Shown here: piece by piece, positions 29,501-44,705 of the stretch
How the letters are laid out: each line of letters opens with the position of its first letter
Numbering within the stretch: the stretch's first letter is position 1
Made by a program: the position numbers and the translations under genes
The notes under the pieces: model-generated
The model's database searches: none
Seen by the model: only the letters and a program-made list of their open reading frames with translations
Told to the model about the DNA's origin: nothing
Assembly: GCF_009914755.1 (NCBI RefSeq)
Contig: NC_060932.1
From: the human T2T-CHM13v2.0 reference genome, Homo sapiens
DNA: 64,000 nt
Strand: one strand, 5' to 3'

Positions 29501-31176
29501 ATGACACTAAAATGTGTAATTTTTAAAAGAGTCAACAGCTAAAACCTAAAGTAGAAGACACTATTTCCTGTCATGACAGAAGACAAAATTTTACAGGCTA
29601 GTTCTAAATTTGCCTCCACCAAACCCACAAATGTGTTTTAGTTGGGAAGCACTTGGTGAAAAAGATGGGGAGCTTGCTTTGCATTTTCTGATTTTTTCTG
29701 TTCTTTCAACAGGTTTCTGGAGACCACAGTTCTTATTCCCCACATTGGCGTTGTACATTACTACAGTTTGAAAAGTAAACAAATGTGATCAGTCATTTGA
29801 AAATGTATGTTTTTACTACATACGTAAAAACTTTAGCATCTCCTATGTTAAGTCCACATAGTGGAAAATAGGCTACCCCCCAACTCCCAGGGGAGGGAGA
29901 GGAGGAAGTAAAAGGATAAGGGTATACAAAGCTAAACCTCCTCATCAACTTCACCGTTAAAACTCCTCTTCATGCTAGTGGATGAGGGCTCAGGTCCAGA
30001 GTCTGCATACAATTAATATTTCCATCTTCTAGACATCAGTGGGTATCACAGCTGCTTCTTAGACTTTTCAAAGACATTTAAGATTTTTTATTCAGGGAAT
30101 GCATAAGACTCTATTTATAATATGCTTATAGTTAAGGATTTCAGCGTTTCCACTAAACATGTGTAATGTGTGTGTCCTGCCTCTCAAAAGCAAATTCAAC
30201 ATTCTGAATATGTTCTTCTAGTGACTTTCTTATTTTAATAGTGGTGCCTATAAAATGTATTAACTCACACATAAGTAGAAACATAAATGCACACATTTCT
30301 TCAAAAACCACTTGTTTAAATGTCTTCTTTGCAAGCTCTCAAATACACAATTACAGACTACTTCAGCAATATTTTCATAGAAAAATGTCAACTTTTCTTC
30401 TAAGTCTCCATTTTAAGGGAAGTAAAGTCTAATACATAGCTGTGTTGTATATCATATCAGATATATAACATCAAATGAAATTCTGGGGAGGGGGCATGAC
30501 AATACATCCATGATTAGATTAAGAGATTCATCATAATGTAGCCACTGACAGATCTTTACCTTTCAAATGGTGATATAAGAATGCCAAGGTATTTTACCAA
30601 CTCTCAGAAGATATAAAATTTATAAAATGTGTTACTATTTTCACAAATAGTATATATATCAAATTATGCATTCCAGGTATATAAATTTAGTAATTGTTTT
30701 AATGCATTTGTAACATATAATCAACAAAATATGGCACAAAGAATTTCTTTTCAAGTTTTTTTTTTTAAACAAACAGCTAAGCAAGCAGTTCTGTAATATC
30801 CACACATAGCAGGAGCAATAGAGTAGCTAGCTGATGTGGTAGTGCTTAAAACTTCTCTTCTGAACAAAATGTTTTTCTCTAACAGTTACTAATAATCTAT
30901 TAAGAAATTGATGTATTACACGGATGATTAAAAAAAAACCTTGTTAGCACTTAAGTAGATTAACCTAGCAAATGCACAACTAGCAAATTTTACAGCAAGA
31001 TATGAGACTATCCAATTGTCATGATGCTTAAAATCAGCAAAGAACTTAATTTTCAGTTCTACTGAACAAGAGAACCAATTTGTTTCTTAGTTTAAATATA
31101 TCCAGCATGCATATTTTTAAGAAACAAGTGCTAAAATAAAAGTTGCAGATTGAGAGTTACATTAAAAACTACTCAC

Positions 31177-31320
31177 CCACACATTCCATGGTTTCTTCTA
31201 ATGGTGCAAAACCATCTGGACATTCATCAAAGCAACGGCCTCTATGCAAATAAAAGCCTACTTTGCACTTGGTACAAAAGTCTTTGCTAAAGCAAGAATC
31301 ACAGTTTTCTATTCTGCATC
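31177..31320 (-). CDS. RSPO2: R-spondin 2 coding exon for furin-like domain 2 (FU2; exon 4), phase 1-1; absent from the ORF track
   Basis: TTTTTAG|GATGC acceptor and GTGG|GTGAGT donor, 144 nt. Translates (R)[47 protein letters not shown], including the LGR4/5/6-binding FSKDF phenylalanines. Joins in frame with the FU1 exon (A|GA = Arg). Confidence 0.98.
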
Positions 31321-32079
31321 CTAAAAACAATTTTAAAGAGAAAAAAGAAAATTTCAGTCAAAGAAATTTACTTGTTTTACAAATAAAATTTTTGTAAACT
31401 CACAAGTTAGCCCATTTGAAATTCTCATCATCAGAGAAATATTGTTTAACTCATTTGTTTCCTAGCGCCATCTCATTCTAAGTCATCCCTGTCTCTTTCA
31501 ACAGCTTACTACATCAAGAATCCAAGAGAGAATGCCAGCCCAGGGTCCCAGGCACCATGAGAACTTTTGGACATGTTGGTAATCTCCAGATGGGATTAAA
31601 ACAAAAAATTCAAAAGACAAAGAAAACACTCCCTCTACAAATTACTTGCTGCCAGTATTGAAATCTGTCCTGCCCTCAAAAGGCCTACAATGGGAACACT
31701 GTAATAAGTGTTTGTGTATAGTAAATGAGTTAAGAATTTTAATTTTTAAAATGTTTTAAAATGCATGGTCTATTTTACAGGGCACTGGTCAATGCTAGCA
31801 CCTACATTCATCAGAGGGTGACCTGGGTGGGGCATGGGGGTGGAAGTTTAGGTCATTTTGTTGAAAACCTACAATGTATCAAAGGCTTTACATATATTTC
31901 CACTGAATCTTCACAATAATCCTACAGCTGGGCAGTAGAAACTCCATTTTGCAAATAAGAAACCTGGGACTAACAGAGTAACAGCTGAATTGGTTCTGAA
32001 AGCCACCAAAACCATCTGCCTTTTAAATCCATTCTCTTTCTCTCTATAACTCGCTCACTGCAGTCCACTAGGAGTTTGT

Positions 32080-32275
32080 GAAACAGATGTGCTTTCAGGT
32101 CTGTTACATCTGGGTGTGAATACCAAGCTCTGCCCTTACCAGCTCTGTAACTTTAGACAACTATATGCCTCTCTGAGCCTCTATTGCCTCCTGTATTAAA
32201 CAGGGGCATCACTGACCTTACAAAACTATTGTAAGGTTTTGTAATAATATATGTAAATTGATAGGCTCATAATAG
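32080..32275 (+). mobile_element. MIR
   Basis: ctgggtgtgaataccaagctctgcccttaccagctctgtaactttagacaa...ctctgagcctc. Confidence 0.7.
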
Positions 32276-33755
32276 GTAGTCTGCAGATAGAAGCCACAGT
32301 GAATTAGAAACATGTATTTTTCCACTAAACCACATACATTACAATAAGGTATAAAAAGAAGCAATAATTTATAAGCTTGTATTCTAGATCACATTCCCTG
32401 GTAGGCCAGAACATCTGGGCCAGAAATCCTTGGCATGCACAGGTGAAAATAAATACACTCTTAACTACTCTTCAAGGAAAGTAAAGGAGAGAAGTTCGCA
32501 GGACCGGTAAATTCCAAGGTCAAGTTTTCAACAGATTGTGGTACATTATTACTTGTAACAGTTTTAACCGACGCAATTGACAGCACGTAAAGTGCTATGA
32601 AAACTCTGTGACATCACATGTATTCATTTTACAAGGCTCCAGAACTATACTTCATGCTTTAAGGATTCAGAAAAGCTTTAAGACATATAGTTCCTATAAG
32701 CAAAGCGATAAAGGGGTAAAAAAAAAATGTAGCCAAAATGTTAAATCACTGAAGATTTCAGTGATTTAAAGGCTAAATTTAAAGGCTAAAAACAAATTTC
32801 ATTAAAATAGATCACATAAGAAATAACTGTGTCTAGACCTATTAAAAATGCCAACTCTTTGCCTTTCAATTTTGAGTCTAAACAGGCTTCTTTGTATTAA
32901 ATGACCACTATGAAGCAGCTAATGCAACTTCTAAAATGTTACCAAATTTATAAACAGAACACCAAATATGTGTGGGTCAAAGTCCACATACAAATCTACA
33001 CTACTGCTCCTTTGGTGGGGAGGGAAATGGTAAGCACAGAACAGTTTATCACCCCATAAAAGGTTCATTTGTAGTCTTACATGCTGTAACCTATATTTTA
33101 ATAAAACCATGGTCCATAGCTGGTCAATAACCTCTTAATCATGGTCAAACTACATGACCATTATGTCCACAAATTGTTAGTTTTCTTGCTATATTTTTTT
33201 AAAAAACAAGCAGCCCTTCCTGCCGTAGTTATTTTCCAAGAAATAGTAATGAGCATTCCAAAGGATAAAACAGAACTAAAGGGTGAAGATGAAAAAAAAA
33301 AGCTCTTCTACTTAAAGAGAAAAAGAGGACTTTACACTTCATAAATCAGCTATCATCTATGAGGTCTGACTTCTCTTTAAAATAAAGCCACACCAATAAG
33401 CTTTTTGGCCAAAAAGTTATAGCAATAAGCATTTGGAATTAATTTTACCAGGCCCTTTGCTGATCTTTATTGTTACTTGTAGCTCCCTTTCCTCATTTCA
33501 TTCCATGCTCCCAATACCAGTTCATAGAATATGGAATTGCTGAAATACCTATCATGCTCTGTAAAGTCCCTGAGGACTTCTTCAGGTATAAATCATGTTG
33601 GATGAAAGCTTAATTATTTGTTCTCAAATTCAAGTAGAATATAAATATGATATGTTCAAATTGTAGAAAACTATAACCATTTAAAAGTACAAGGTGAAGT
33701 ATAAGTAATGACCTGAAAAACCCATTGTTAAGTTAAAAAAAAAAAAAGACAAGTT

Positions 33756-34025
33756 GGCTGGGCATGGTAGCTCACATCTGTAATTCCAACACTTTGGGAG
33801 GCCAAGGCAATGCATCACTTGAGCTCAGGAGTTCAAGTTCAGCCTAGGCAACATGGTAAAACCCCATCTCTAAGAAATTAGCTGGGCATGGTGGTATGTG
33901 CCTGTTGGTCCCAGCTACCTGGGGGCTGAAGCAGGAGGATCACTTGAGCCCAGAAAGTCAAGGCTGCAGTGAGCTGTGTTTGCACCACTGCACTCTAGCT
34001 TAGGCAATGAAGTGAGACCTGTCTC

Positions 34026-34053
<28 letters not shown>
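33756..34053 (+). mobile_element. Alu (AluJ-type)
   Basis: cacttgagctcaggagttcaag and ggaggatcacttgagccc...gtcaaggctgcagtgag; long pure A tail; shortened middle A-rich linker. Confidence 0.93.
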
Positions 34054-34057
<4 letters not shown>

Positions 34058-34593
34058 GGTTGCAAGATATATATAGTATGACACAATAAAACTACGTATG
34101 TGTGCGTGTGTTCATGGGTATGAAGTAGCTTACGGAAGTTAATTTGGGGAGGGGATAGTAGAATTTTGAAATATGTTATTTTTCTGAATCATATCCTTTA
34201 TAATTACATTTATGTAATTAAAGTATCATAGAAAAGGTTATTACAATATGTATTTGTGACCTACTTAAGTTTACTCAAAAAAGTGCCACTTCATTAACAT
34301 TGTAAAATTAAGCTCTTTTGATTTTAACAGGCAAGAATAAAGGCATCTATCCAATCTAAAACTTTTTCATATTTGAGTGCATGAATTATACCCCTGATTT
34401 AATAATGTTGAACCTGCTATAACCTTCAACATACACCTTCATTTAGCCATCTCCGTATCCTTTGTTTTCACATGTTCAATAGTGTTGCTTTTCCTTCACT
34501 CAAATTGTAAGGGGAAAAAACTAAATAAAATATTGTCTGTGTAATAAAGCATTGTTTTAAAAGCTTTGATCAGTGCCAAGTCCTAGCACCTGA

Positions 34594-35033
<440 letters not shown>

Positions 35034-38000
35034 AAACCCAATATTTTTGAAAGCAAGCAGCACCACAAGCCACCTAATCCAGGAGGTCTCCTACTTGATG
35101 TGCTTCACAGCCCTTGATGACCTTTCCTCAGCAGCTCCAGATCCAACTACAACCCCCTGCTCTGTTCAGCCATTTCTCCAGGAGGTAACTCTTCTGCTTT
35201 GCAGGGGGTGGGGGGAACTCCTGTGCAGTCTCATAGTCCTATATTTTCTCCCCCAGCTTGTAGCCATTTTCCAAAAACTACTTAAGCATTTTACCCTTCA
35301 CTGGGATTCATATCAACTCTATTAACTCATTTTTATATAAAAGTAAAACATTCTCATTATAAGTAAAAACTCAAAGCAGTACAGAAGTTTTACAGGAAAA
35401 AATAGAAATCCTTTTTCTCACCTGAATGGCACATTAGGCCTACTCCCCAGAAATAGCCACTGTGTTAACAGTTTCTTCCATACACTTTAGAAAACCTCTA
35501 TGTAAATCTTATAAATGAGTTAGTCACCATTAAAACACCAGTAGGATCACACAATAGATTGTTAAACCTTAGAAAACTGTATGCTACATAATAGGTATAT
35601 TAAAATTTACTAAACATAGGACTTTTCTATAAAAATATGGGTTTTAAGTCCTCGTTCAAATAAAAGACCCTAGTTCAGCCAACTTACATGCTTCTAAATT
35701 ACAGTGCCTCCTCAAAAATGTAACCCACCGAATGAGGACTGCCAATATTGGTTTAAGTAAAATTACTGTCCAAGTGAAACTGCATCCAAATACAGTCTGA
35801 TGGGGCTGTCATTTGGCAAGAAGGGCTTAACCTTGGCCAAGAAACAGAAAAATAGGCTGAGCACCCTCTCTCCTATCCTCTTACAGTACCCCGTACGGGC
35901 TCTAATATAACATTTTTCAAATCACACTGTAGTCCAGCTCAACAGTTCATTCTCAACATTCTCCAGGAACCTAGTATATGCCAGACCCTAAGAACCTAAA
36001 CCCATTCCCTATCCTGGAGGTGCTAAGCCAGAGGGGTCCACGTGGCACTAACAGAGCATCACAATGTAACAGGAGATATTAGAGGCATGTCTTGGGTACA
36101 TTAGAGACAGAAAAGGGACCAATTTCTGTCCTGCCATTCAAGTTTTTTTTTTTTCCAATCTGTGAATTCCCCATTCCTAACACAGTATTGGAAACATGGT
36201 GGAGTTTTAATGCTTGCTAAGTAAATGAACATGAATGCCATTCAAAAATTCAATTTCTGTAATATTTGCATGCTTAGTGAGAGACTGATTGCACATGCAC
36301 TGTATTTCTAATATTAAAAAGCCATACTTGTTGTAAAGAACTGCAAATCATATGGAAGAACCAACAGTTAAACACCTGAAAACAATTATACTGGAGAATG
36401 TAACTATCAAAGGAAGGCGGGTGATGTGTGCTATAAGTTGGAACTTCAAATGAGCAAGTTTTAGGGAGACAAGAAGAAGCAGAGTCCTGGCAAGGGTGGC
36501 TGCCCTCATCATGAGGCAATAGAGAAAATCCATATGGCAAGTGACGGGTCCAGTGAGGAGTGGCTTGGAGGAAAAGGAGGTTAGGCTATGGGATGGTTAC
36601 TTGGGTTTAGAAGCTTTGGGTGGGGATTATAAATTATTCATACTTTGAGTGGCTTTAAGTATTTAAGTAATAATTAGTATTAATAAAAATGAAGCTCAGT
36701 TCAAGATTAGGGGTTTGGTCTGACTAGCAGTGAGTAGTCCCTGTAGATTCTGGCCATGAGCATAACATCACCATGTTTCCTCATTGAGACAGGTAACAGT
36801 CCCTATGGGCCAACCATCCTGACAGGTACATAGAAGCACAGATGAGAAAACAAGGTCCTTACACCTCAGGATCTTCAGTCCACTGAGGGGAAAGCTCTAC
36901 AGAGAGGCAATTAGGGAATAAATGACTACTCTAAGCTTGACGTAAAGACACAGCGAGCTGGAGAGTGAACGTTTTCAGAAAGTTAACCTTCCTGAAAGCA
37001 GAAGACAGTAGAGGTCAGGAAAACCATTGGTAGGCTCAACAATCCGGGGAGTGGAGTTATAATGAATCCATAAAAGTGACAAACCAAGTGGAAGAGAAGA
37101 TGGAAAACTGAGAGAAGCCAAAGATCATGCAACTATCCTCTCTTCCTTTGGTCTCAACAGTGCTTTCAGGGCACTTGGCAAATGGACAGAGTTCCTTTTG
37201 TTTCTCTTCCCAGCTAAATTAAGATGACAAGAATCATCTCTTAATTGAATATCTCAGCATGGTCAATCAGATAAATGAGAAAAGTAAATCCTTAAAAGCA
37301 GAGAAACATCAACCTTTGTTAAATCTAGCTGTCAAAATGTAATTATATATATTACAATCAATTATTGGAGAAAGGGAAGAAGTCAATAAAGTAGAAGGAA
37401 CCTCAAACACCCCTGGGAATCTATGTTCTCTTATTTCTTCATGCCCATCAGGGCTGTGGACTTCAGACTGCCTTAGCACACCATGAAAATCCAATTGCTT
37501 GTTGCTCCAACTGCTCTTATTTTAAACTAGCATCTCTGTTCAGAATGTGGCAGTCAATGACAAAAACAGGGCATTTATTTAGTCCCCACATAGTAGATGA
37601 AAGGATCAAAGAACATCAAGCCAACCTCTAGAAACCTCTAGAGATTTCTCTGCCCACTGCGTGCTAAAATATGAATAGAAATTAAAGGCACAGTTTGTTC
37701 CCAAAACATTCAAAATTAGACTTTCAGCAAATTTTCACATGGAAAGCACTAGACTATGGAACTTAATATAAGGTTTTTAAAAATTAGTTTTAGGCTTATC
37801 TAACAATTTCAAGTACTATTTAACATTTCCTCTCAAAACTTGCAATGGGGTTATAAATATCCCAAGTTTTAAGCTTTATGTTATCAAAATCATGCATTTC
37901 TAATATGTACCATTACAGTAATTCCACTAGACTATGTATTGATAAAAATTATTATACCTAAAAGCTAAAATTACATTTTTTTGTAATACAGTCAAGTAAC

Positions 38001-38319
38001 ACACAGCTCATTAGAACTTCATTATATTTCAACCTAAATAAAAGATGAATCCAGAAGTTTCAGGACTCAATGTTTTATATTTACAATTAAACTCTTTGAA
38101 TGATGACACAGAGAACCAGCATTACTAAATTAACAGAAGATACAGGGTTAAAGTCTGTTTATAACCCAGTAGAATGAGTTTAAATCAAGATTGCCTTAAT
38201 TAGTTCAGATAGTTGGTATAGGATAAAATTCAACTATGTCAAATGCAGAACAGGACACTTAGAATAAGAGCAAGGGGCAGGAAATAAGAACTATGTGGAG
38301 AATATAGTGGCCACTCAAA

Positions 38320-38530
38320 TAGTACAGTGGTTAGCAGATCTGAGGTTAGAATCTTGGACCACTTACTATTGTGTGACTGTGGTCAAGTCAGTGAAGCTCT
38401 CTTTGTCTTAATGTCCTCATGTATTTTTTTAAAGGTATTATCAGTCTCTATCTTACAGGCTTTTTGAGAGGATTCAGAGGCTTAATCAGTGCAAAGATCT
38501 CAGCACAGTACCTGCTGTGTAATTAGTTAT
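38320..38530 (+). mobile_element. MIR
   Basis: ccacttactattgtgtgactgtggtcaagtcagtgaagctctctttgtc core. Confidence 0.65.
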
Positions 38531-38564
38531 TAAAAGTGAGCTTTTATAAGTATAAAAATTTACT

Positions 38565-39240
38565 ACCAATGTGATCCAGCAATCCCACTGCTGAGTATAT
38601 ATCCAAAAGAGGGGAAATCAATATATCAAAGAGATATCTTCACTTTCATGTTTATTGCAGCACTATTTATAATAGCCAAGATATGGAATTAACCTGAGTG
38701 CCCACCAATGGATGAAAGGATAAAGAAAATATTTTATGTATATACACACAATAGAATGTTATTCAGCTATAAAACTAGAATGAAATCCTGTCATTTCCAG
38801 TGCATGGATGGAACTGGGGGACATTATGTTAAGTGAAATAAGCCAGGCACAGAAAGACAAATATCAAATATTTTCATTCACCTGTGGGAGCTAAAAAAGT
38901 AGATCTCATGGAGATAGAGAGTAGAATGGTGGTTACCAGAGACTGAGAACGGAAGGGGATGAAGAGAAGTTAGTGAAGGGCTACAATCATATAGTTAGAT
39001 GGAAGGAATAAGTTCTAGTATTCAATAGTACAGTAGGAAAAACTATAGTTAGTAATCATTTATTATATATTTCAAAATAGAAGAATTGTAATGTTCCCAA
39101 CACAAAAAAAATAAATGTTTGAGGTGACGGATATCCTAATTACTCTGATTTATTCATTTCACATGGTATACAGATATCAAAATATCACATGTACTCCTAA
39201 AAATACATACAACTATTAAATATAAATAATAAAATACATT
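38565..39240 (+). mobile_element. L1MA-like 3' end
   Basis: gatccagcaatcccactgctgagtatatatccaaaag...aagccaggcacagaaagacaaatatc...tttgaggtgacggatatcctaattac. Confidence 0.88.
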
Positions 39241-40579
39241 TTAATCTAACAACTAGGACAAAAGGATTGCAGCCCAAGATGGTGAATGGAAGGAAGCTCA
39301 AATAGGATACTCCACATGGAAAAAATAGATATAATTTTAATAAACTGTATATATGTAGTTTTAATAAATAAATATATACATATGCACTACTCAAAGGGCA
39401 TTACCCAATAAAGGGCATTACCCACTGTCTAGAGTACACTTAGTGGCTTCACCCTTGTTTAGGTCACACAGCTTAACAAACTGATCACAATCATTTGTTG
39501 GGTACCTACATGGAAAATCATCTGCTTTGAACATTAGGAACCAGGAGTTAGGAAACCAAGATCTAAAGGCAATTTTGACCTGGGGTGTGGGGACAGATGG
39601 TAGAAATCACATTCTCTTTGTGCCCTACTCCCTTAACCATCAGATAAAAAGGGGGAAATACCTGACTTACCTATATCATACAATAAAATCCTGACGTAGG
39701 CTGTGATTTAAATCCTCAAGTTCCAATTAGGCAGAATAAATTTCTATCTAGAAATTTACATACTGTTTTTCAGATAGCTATAGAGTTCTATCTTACATGC
39801 CATAGTATCTTTTATTTTAACTGCCGAGGACATATATGCTGTCAAAAAATGTATCAGGGAAAAGTATTTAACTTGAAGTGTCACAACAGTTCACTTTTTA
39901 AAAACTCCAAATTCAAACTTTTGCAATATGCTGCTAGTAGCTTCACTGTGATATTTGAATGTTTAAATGTTATATCTTGCCCACCCACATAGAAAAAATA
40001 TGAAGAAACGTGGAGGCTTGTGTAAAATTATGTGGTCAAATAACGAGGAACTCTGAAAATACTGGCTTTATTTCTCATATATTCAAGTGATGCATATTTG
40101 AAATCATTCTCAAAACAAATGAAATTAAAATGAACACATTTGCTAAGAACGTTAAATGCTTAAAGAGAATTTTTTTCCCATGGTGAAGGTGTGAAACAGT
40201 GGGAGAAGGACAACTACCTCAAAATAAAATAGCAAAGGAATGTGATAGTAATGAAAAGTTTCAAAAATTGTAAACCAAATTAGTATCTCATATCAGATTT
40301 TAAATTCCTGCCATTATTAGAACTCTCATCTTGGTTACTTCTTGTGCTTTTCCTTTTTTGGTAACTTGTCACCCTTTTATATTACAGTAGAAGTAGAGCG
40401 GTTTAATCAGCTTCAGACCTGCATCTTAGTTGGATTTTTCCAAATGTTGGAAAATGCAGATCTCTCCACCCAACTAAATGGAAAAGCATATGTAAGCTAA
40501 TATATGTGGTGCCCTCCACTCAACCCCCATCCAAGGAAAACAAGAAGAATACCTTAATCTCTTTATACTCCAAATAGGC

Positions 40580-40915
40580 TAGAGCAAACTTTTCCTATAA
40601 TGAGCCAGATAATAAATATTTTAGGCTTTGCAGACCATACGGTATCTGTCTAAACAACTCATGTCTGTCATAACACAAAATGCAGCCACAGACAATATGT
40701 AAATGATTCAACATGGATGTTTTCCAAAAAAACTTTATGAACATTGACATTTAAAAGTTAATATCATTTTCGTGTGTCACAAAATATTGTTCTTTCATTT
40801 TTTTGTCTTAAAATCTCAATGACTTAAAAATCTGCAAGCTATTCTTAGCTTAAGGGCCCTAACAAAAAGATAGCAGTCCAAATTTTGCCCTTGGGTCATA
40901 GTTTGCTGACCCCTA
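40580..40915. mobile_element. MER58 (hAT-Charlie MITE, probably MER58B)
   Basis: gcaaacttttcctataatgagccagataataaatattttaggctttgcag...tagtttgctgacccct terminal motifs. Confidence 0.8.
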
Positions 40916-42646
40916 GGCTAGAGAATTACTGAAATCCCTGGGGTACCTTGATAGAAAAAAGGAAAAGAAAATAAAGAGTTTTATTTTGAAAACACCAAAT
41001 GGTAGCATTGAAGCTTGGGGAGGCATAGTGATGTCTTCCATATACCATCTGGCTGTGGGCATAAGACAAATATCAGATAAGCATGAGGATGCTGGAATTC
41101 AGTTGACATGGGAATACTTTCATTTCAATATTTTTAACTTTATTCACACTGTATTGATAAATCAAGAATGACAACTCCTGATCAGTTGTCTGTGGGTCAA
41201 TATTCCATTCTATTTTAATAAGTTTTTAATTTCTTGCTTGCTGTGGCACTGACTTTTGAACGAAGTTGCTGGTTGGAAAGGAAGGAAGAGAGAAGAATTT
41301 TACGAAGCCATATGTTTGGGCTGAAACTAGCTTGACATTTATGTCCAGTCCTGTAGTTTGATATTTTTAATTGCTCTGTTTGTGAGGGTGGCTTTGTCAT
41401 GTATGCCCATCTAGTTTGATGATAAAAGTAGATACAGTCTTGGTTGTACCACGCAGTGGCAGGCAACCTTCGGGCCAGTCAGTGGACTTATCAGAATGCA
41501 TGTTACCTGCTTTGTAAATGAGGATATTAACTGCCTCGCAGGATTTCCAGATGCGGTTAAGAAGATGCAGGTGAAAGTATTTTAAAAACTAAAGCACTAG
41601 GTGTATGTTTTATTTACATAAAAACAGCACAAGGTGGCTTCTGCCCTGGAAATATAATAATAGAACGATGTTGCCTAACTTGGGCCTATGTTGAAATAAT
41701 AGGCTCACTTACAAGAACTACCAAATCCACAAGAAACAAATGTAAGCTTGAAAAATACAATTACCTCTATTAAACGGAAAGTCACGACTTTTATTTTCCA
41801 ACCATTAGTACCATTACTAAAAATAAAAGTAAAATGTTTTGTAAAGAGTATCAAAAATCATATAGCCAACTTTCTCACAGAGAGAAAAATGTTTATTCTA
41901 GCTTTTAGAGTATCAGTTTGATATAATCTATCTTCCAGGACAAATTAGGAGAAAGAATGCCCTTTGAGTTTTCCATAAAGGGTAATGGAATAGAATTAAA
42001 ACAGGGTTTACGTCTCACAACAGGCAGCTACTGCATTGCAACTGTGGACCAGTACATTAAACAGTGCACTGTGCAGGTGAATAACCATTACTGAAGTTGT
42101 TAATATCATCCCTGATCTGGCCTACTGAAATCTTTGATGGTGTATCCATACAGGTGCTACAGATCACAATGACAAAATTAAGATTGCTTTATTGCAGCTA
42201 CAAGAGAACACTGTGATCTTTCAAAAACACACATTTTTCACGTCATTTCCCTACTTTAAAATGCTTCAATGGCTCACCTTCACTTGCAGAATCAAGTACA
42301 AACCCTTGATTTTAAAATACAAGATCTTTCTTGCTAGGCATGTCTATCTACCTTCTTAGCCTCAACTCCACATGTACCTTTCACCTTAGTCATGCTCAGT
42401 TATATGTGTGAAGTTTCTTGAAAACATCCTCTGCCCTCCCAACACCCAGATACCTATGATAGTTCTTCCCTCATGGTTTTACCACTCTGTCCATCATAAT
42501 CCTCCTATTAAATGTAGAAAACAGAGCCTGTCTTATGCTAGTCTGTATTCTTAGATCTCAGCATGGGGGCCTGACATGACAGATGATGATAGATGTATCT
42601 GCTGAATTAACAAATTTAATGCTAAGTTTCTATCAGTTTAGAATAA

Positions 42647-42967
<321 letters not shown>

Positions 42968-43461
42968 TAATAGCATAATTCTGTAACAAACAAAAATACT
43001 TCAGATTATGCAGAGCTACATTTTCAAATTAGGCACCAAATTACTAAATATCATGTTAAAGCTTTTATGTCTCATGTTTTGCCTTTAAGAAACAAAAGGT
43101 ATGCACAGTCCTTAACCATAAACCAAGCAGAAATAAGGGTGGGAGGGAGAGACTGAACATTAAACTAGACTTAGAATACACAGAAAGTCATAAGGTGATC
43201 AATACTGTAAAAAGAAACTGCCAACATCAGATATTACTCTTTTACTGAGATGTTTTCATAGACCCAAGTTACTAGGATGCTATTATTCCAGAGTGTGTTA
43301 CATCATTTGTCTAAGCTTACAAAGCTAGTTACTGTCAGAGCTCAAATCAGAGCCCACCATTTCTTCCAATCCAGTGTTCTTTTAGAGATAGGATTTACCA
43401 TAATCCTTTCAGAAGATAAAATTGAATGTTTTGATATTTTTAATGGGATTTGAAACACTTA

Positions 43462-43831
<370 letters not shown>

Positions 43832-43885
43832 TTATAACTGCATAACGGTTTTGTCAGTTTTGTCTGTATTACATGGTTTAAGGTA

Positions 43886-44035
43886 CAGTTGACCCTTGCA
43901 CAATGCAGGTTTGACCTATATCGGTCTGCTTTATGAAAGAAAAAAGAATCTCAGAACTCCAAACTCACTATGCCAAAGGGAAAGTAAAGCTTGGGAACTG
44001 AGTGATACACACACAGACACACACAGACACACACT

Positions 44036-44066
<31 letters not shown>

Positions 44067-44685
44067 CAAGCAAACAAAAAAAAGAAAACTGCCTCCCGTT
44101 GTTCTAAAACAGCCATAATTTCACATGCTGACTTTATCTGATGTAAAATGCAGATTTACTGAGAGTGAAACAAATGCATACTTGACTTTTTCTCCAGCCC
44201 CTGAAAGGTATAGATTCACTGAGCACTATTCAAAGCCTTGCAAGAATATAACTACTTGCCTTACTGCCCATCCCTTCCTTTTTTCCCCCCATCTTCTTCC
44301 CTTCCTGTTTGCTCTTTACTCTTTAAATATTGAAGTCCTCAAAACCCTCTTTGGAAAAAGCATAAGCCGCAGATTCTACTGTAACTTGTGTTTTCCTTTC
44401 CTAAATGCGTCCTCAATCTTGGCAAAATAAACCTCTAAATCGATTGAGACCTGCCTCAGTCACTGTTTGGTTTACAACTCATATGAAGATTTTTCAATAA
44501 ATACTGTAAGCCCTCTGTATTGGCTCATTCCACATCCTCAAACAAACATGCATTGAAAATACTGTATTTGCTGAATGGGTAACCTGCCTACAGGGGTGCC
44601 AACTTCATATTTGAATTCCGCAGGTCTAACTGTTCCAGGGTGGTCCCAGAACTGATCCTCTGCACATACCAAGGAGCAAGGACTA
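43886..44685. mobile_element. TcMar-Tigger MITE (MER2B/MER8-like) split by an LTR
   Basis: TA|CAGTTGACCCTTGCACAATGCAGGTTTGA at 43884; resumes at 44477 (atatgaagatttttcaataaatac...ggtcccagaactgatcctctgcacataccaagg). Confidence 0.7.
43934..44476 (+). mobile_element. ERV1 solo LTR (MER4 group) containing a (CA)n expansion
   Basis: TG...CA ends (TGAAAGAAAAAAGAATCTCAG...TTTGGTTTACA); AATAAA about 45 nt before the 3' end; ctcactatgccaaagggaaag motif. Confidence 0.8.
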
Positions 44686-44705
44686 TACAATGAAAAGAGC
44701 ATTCT

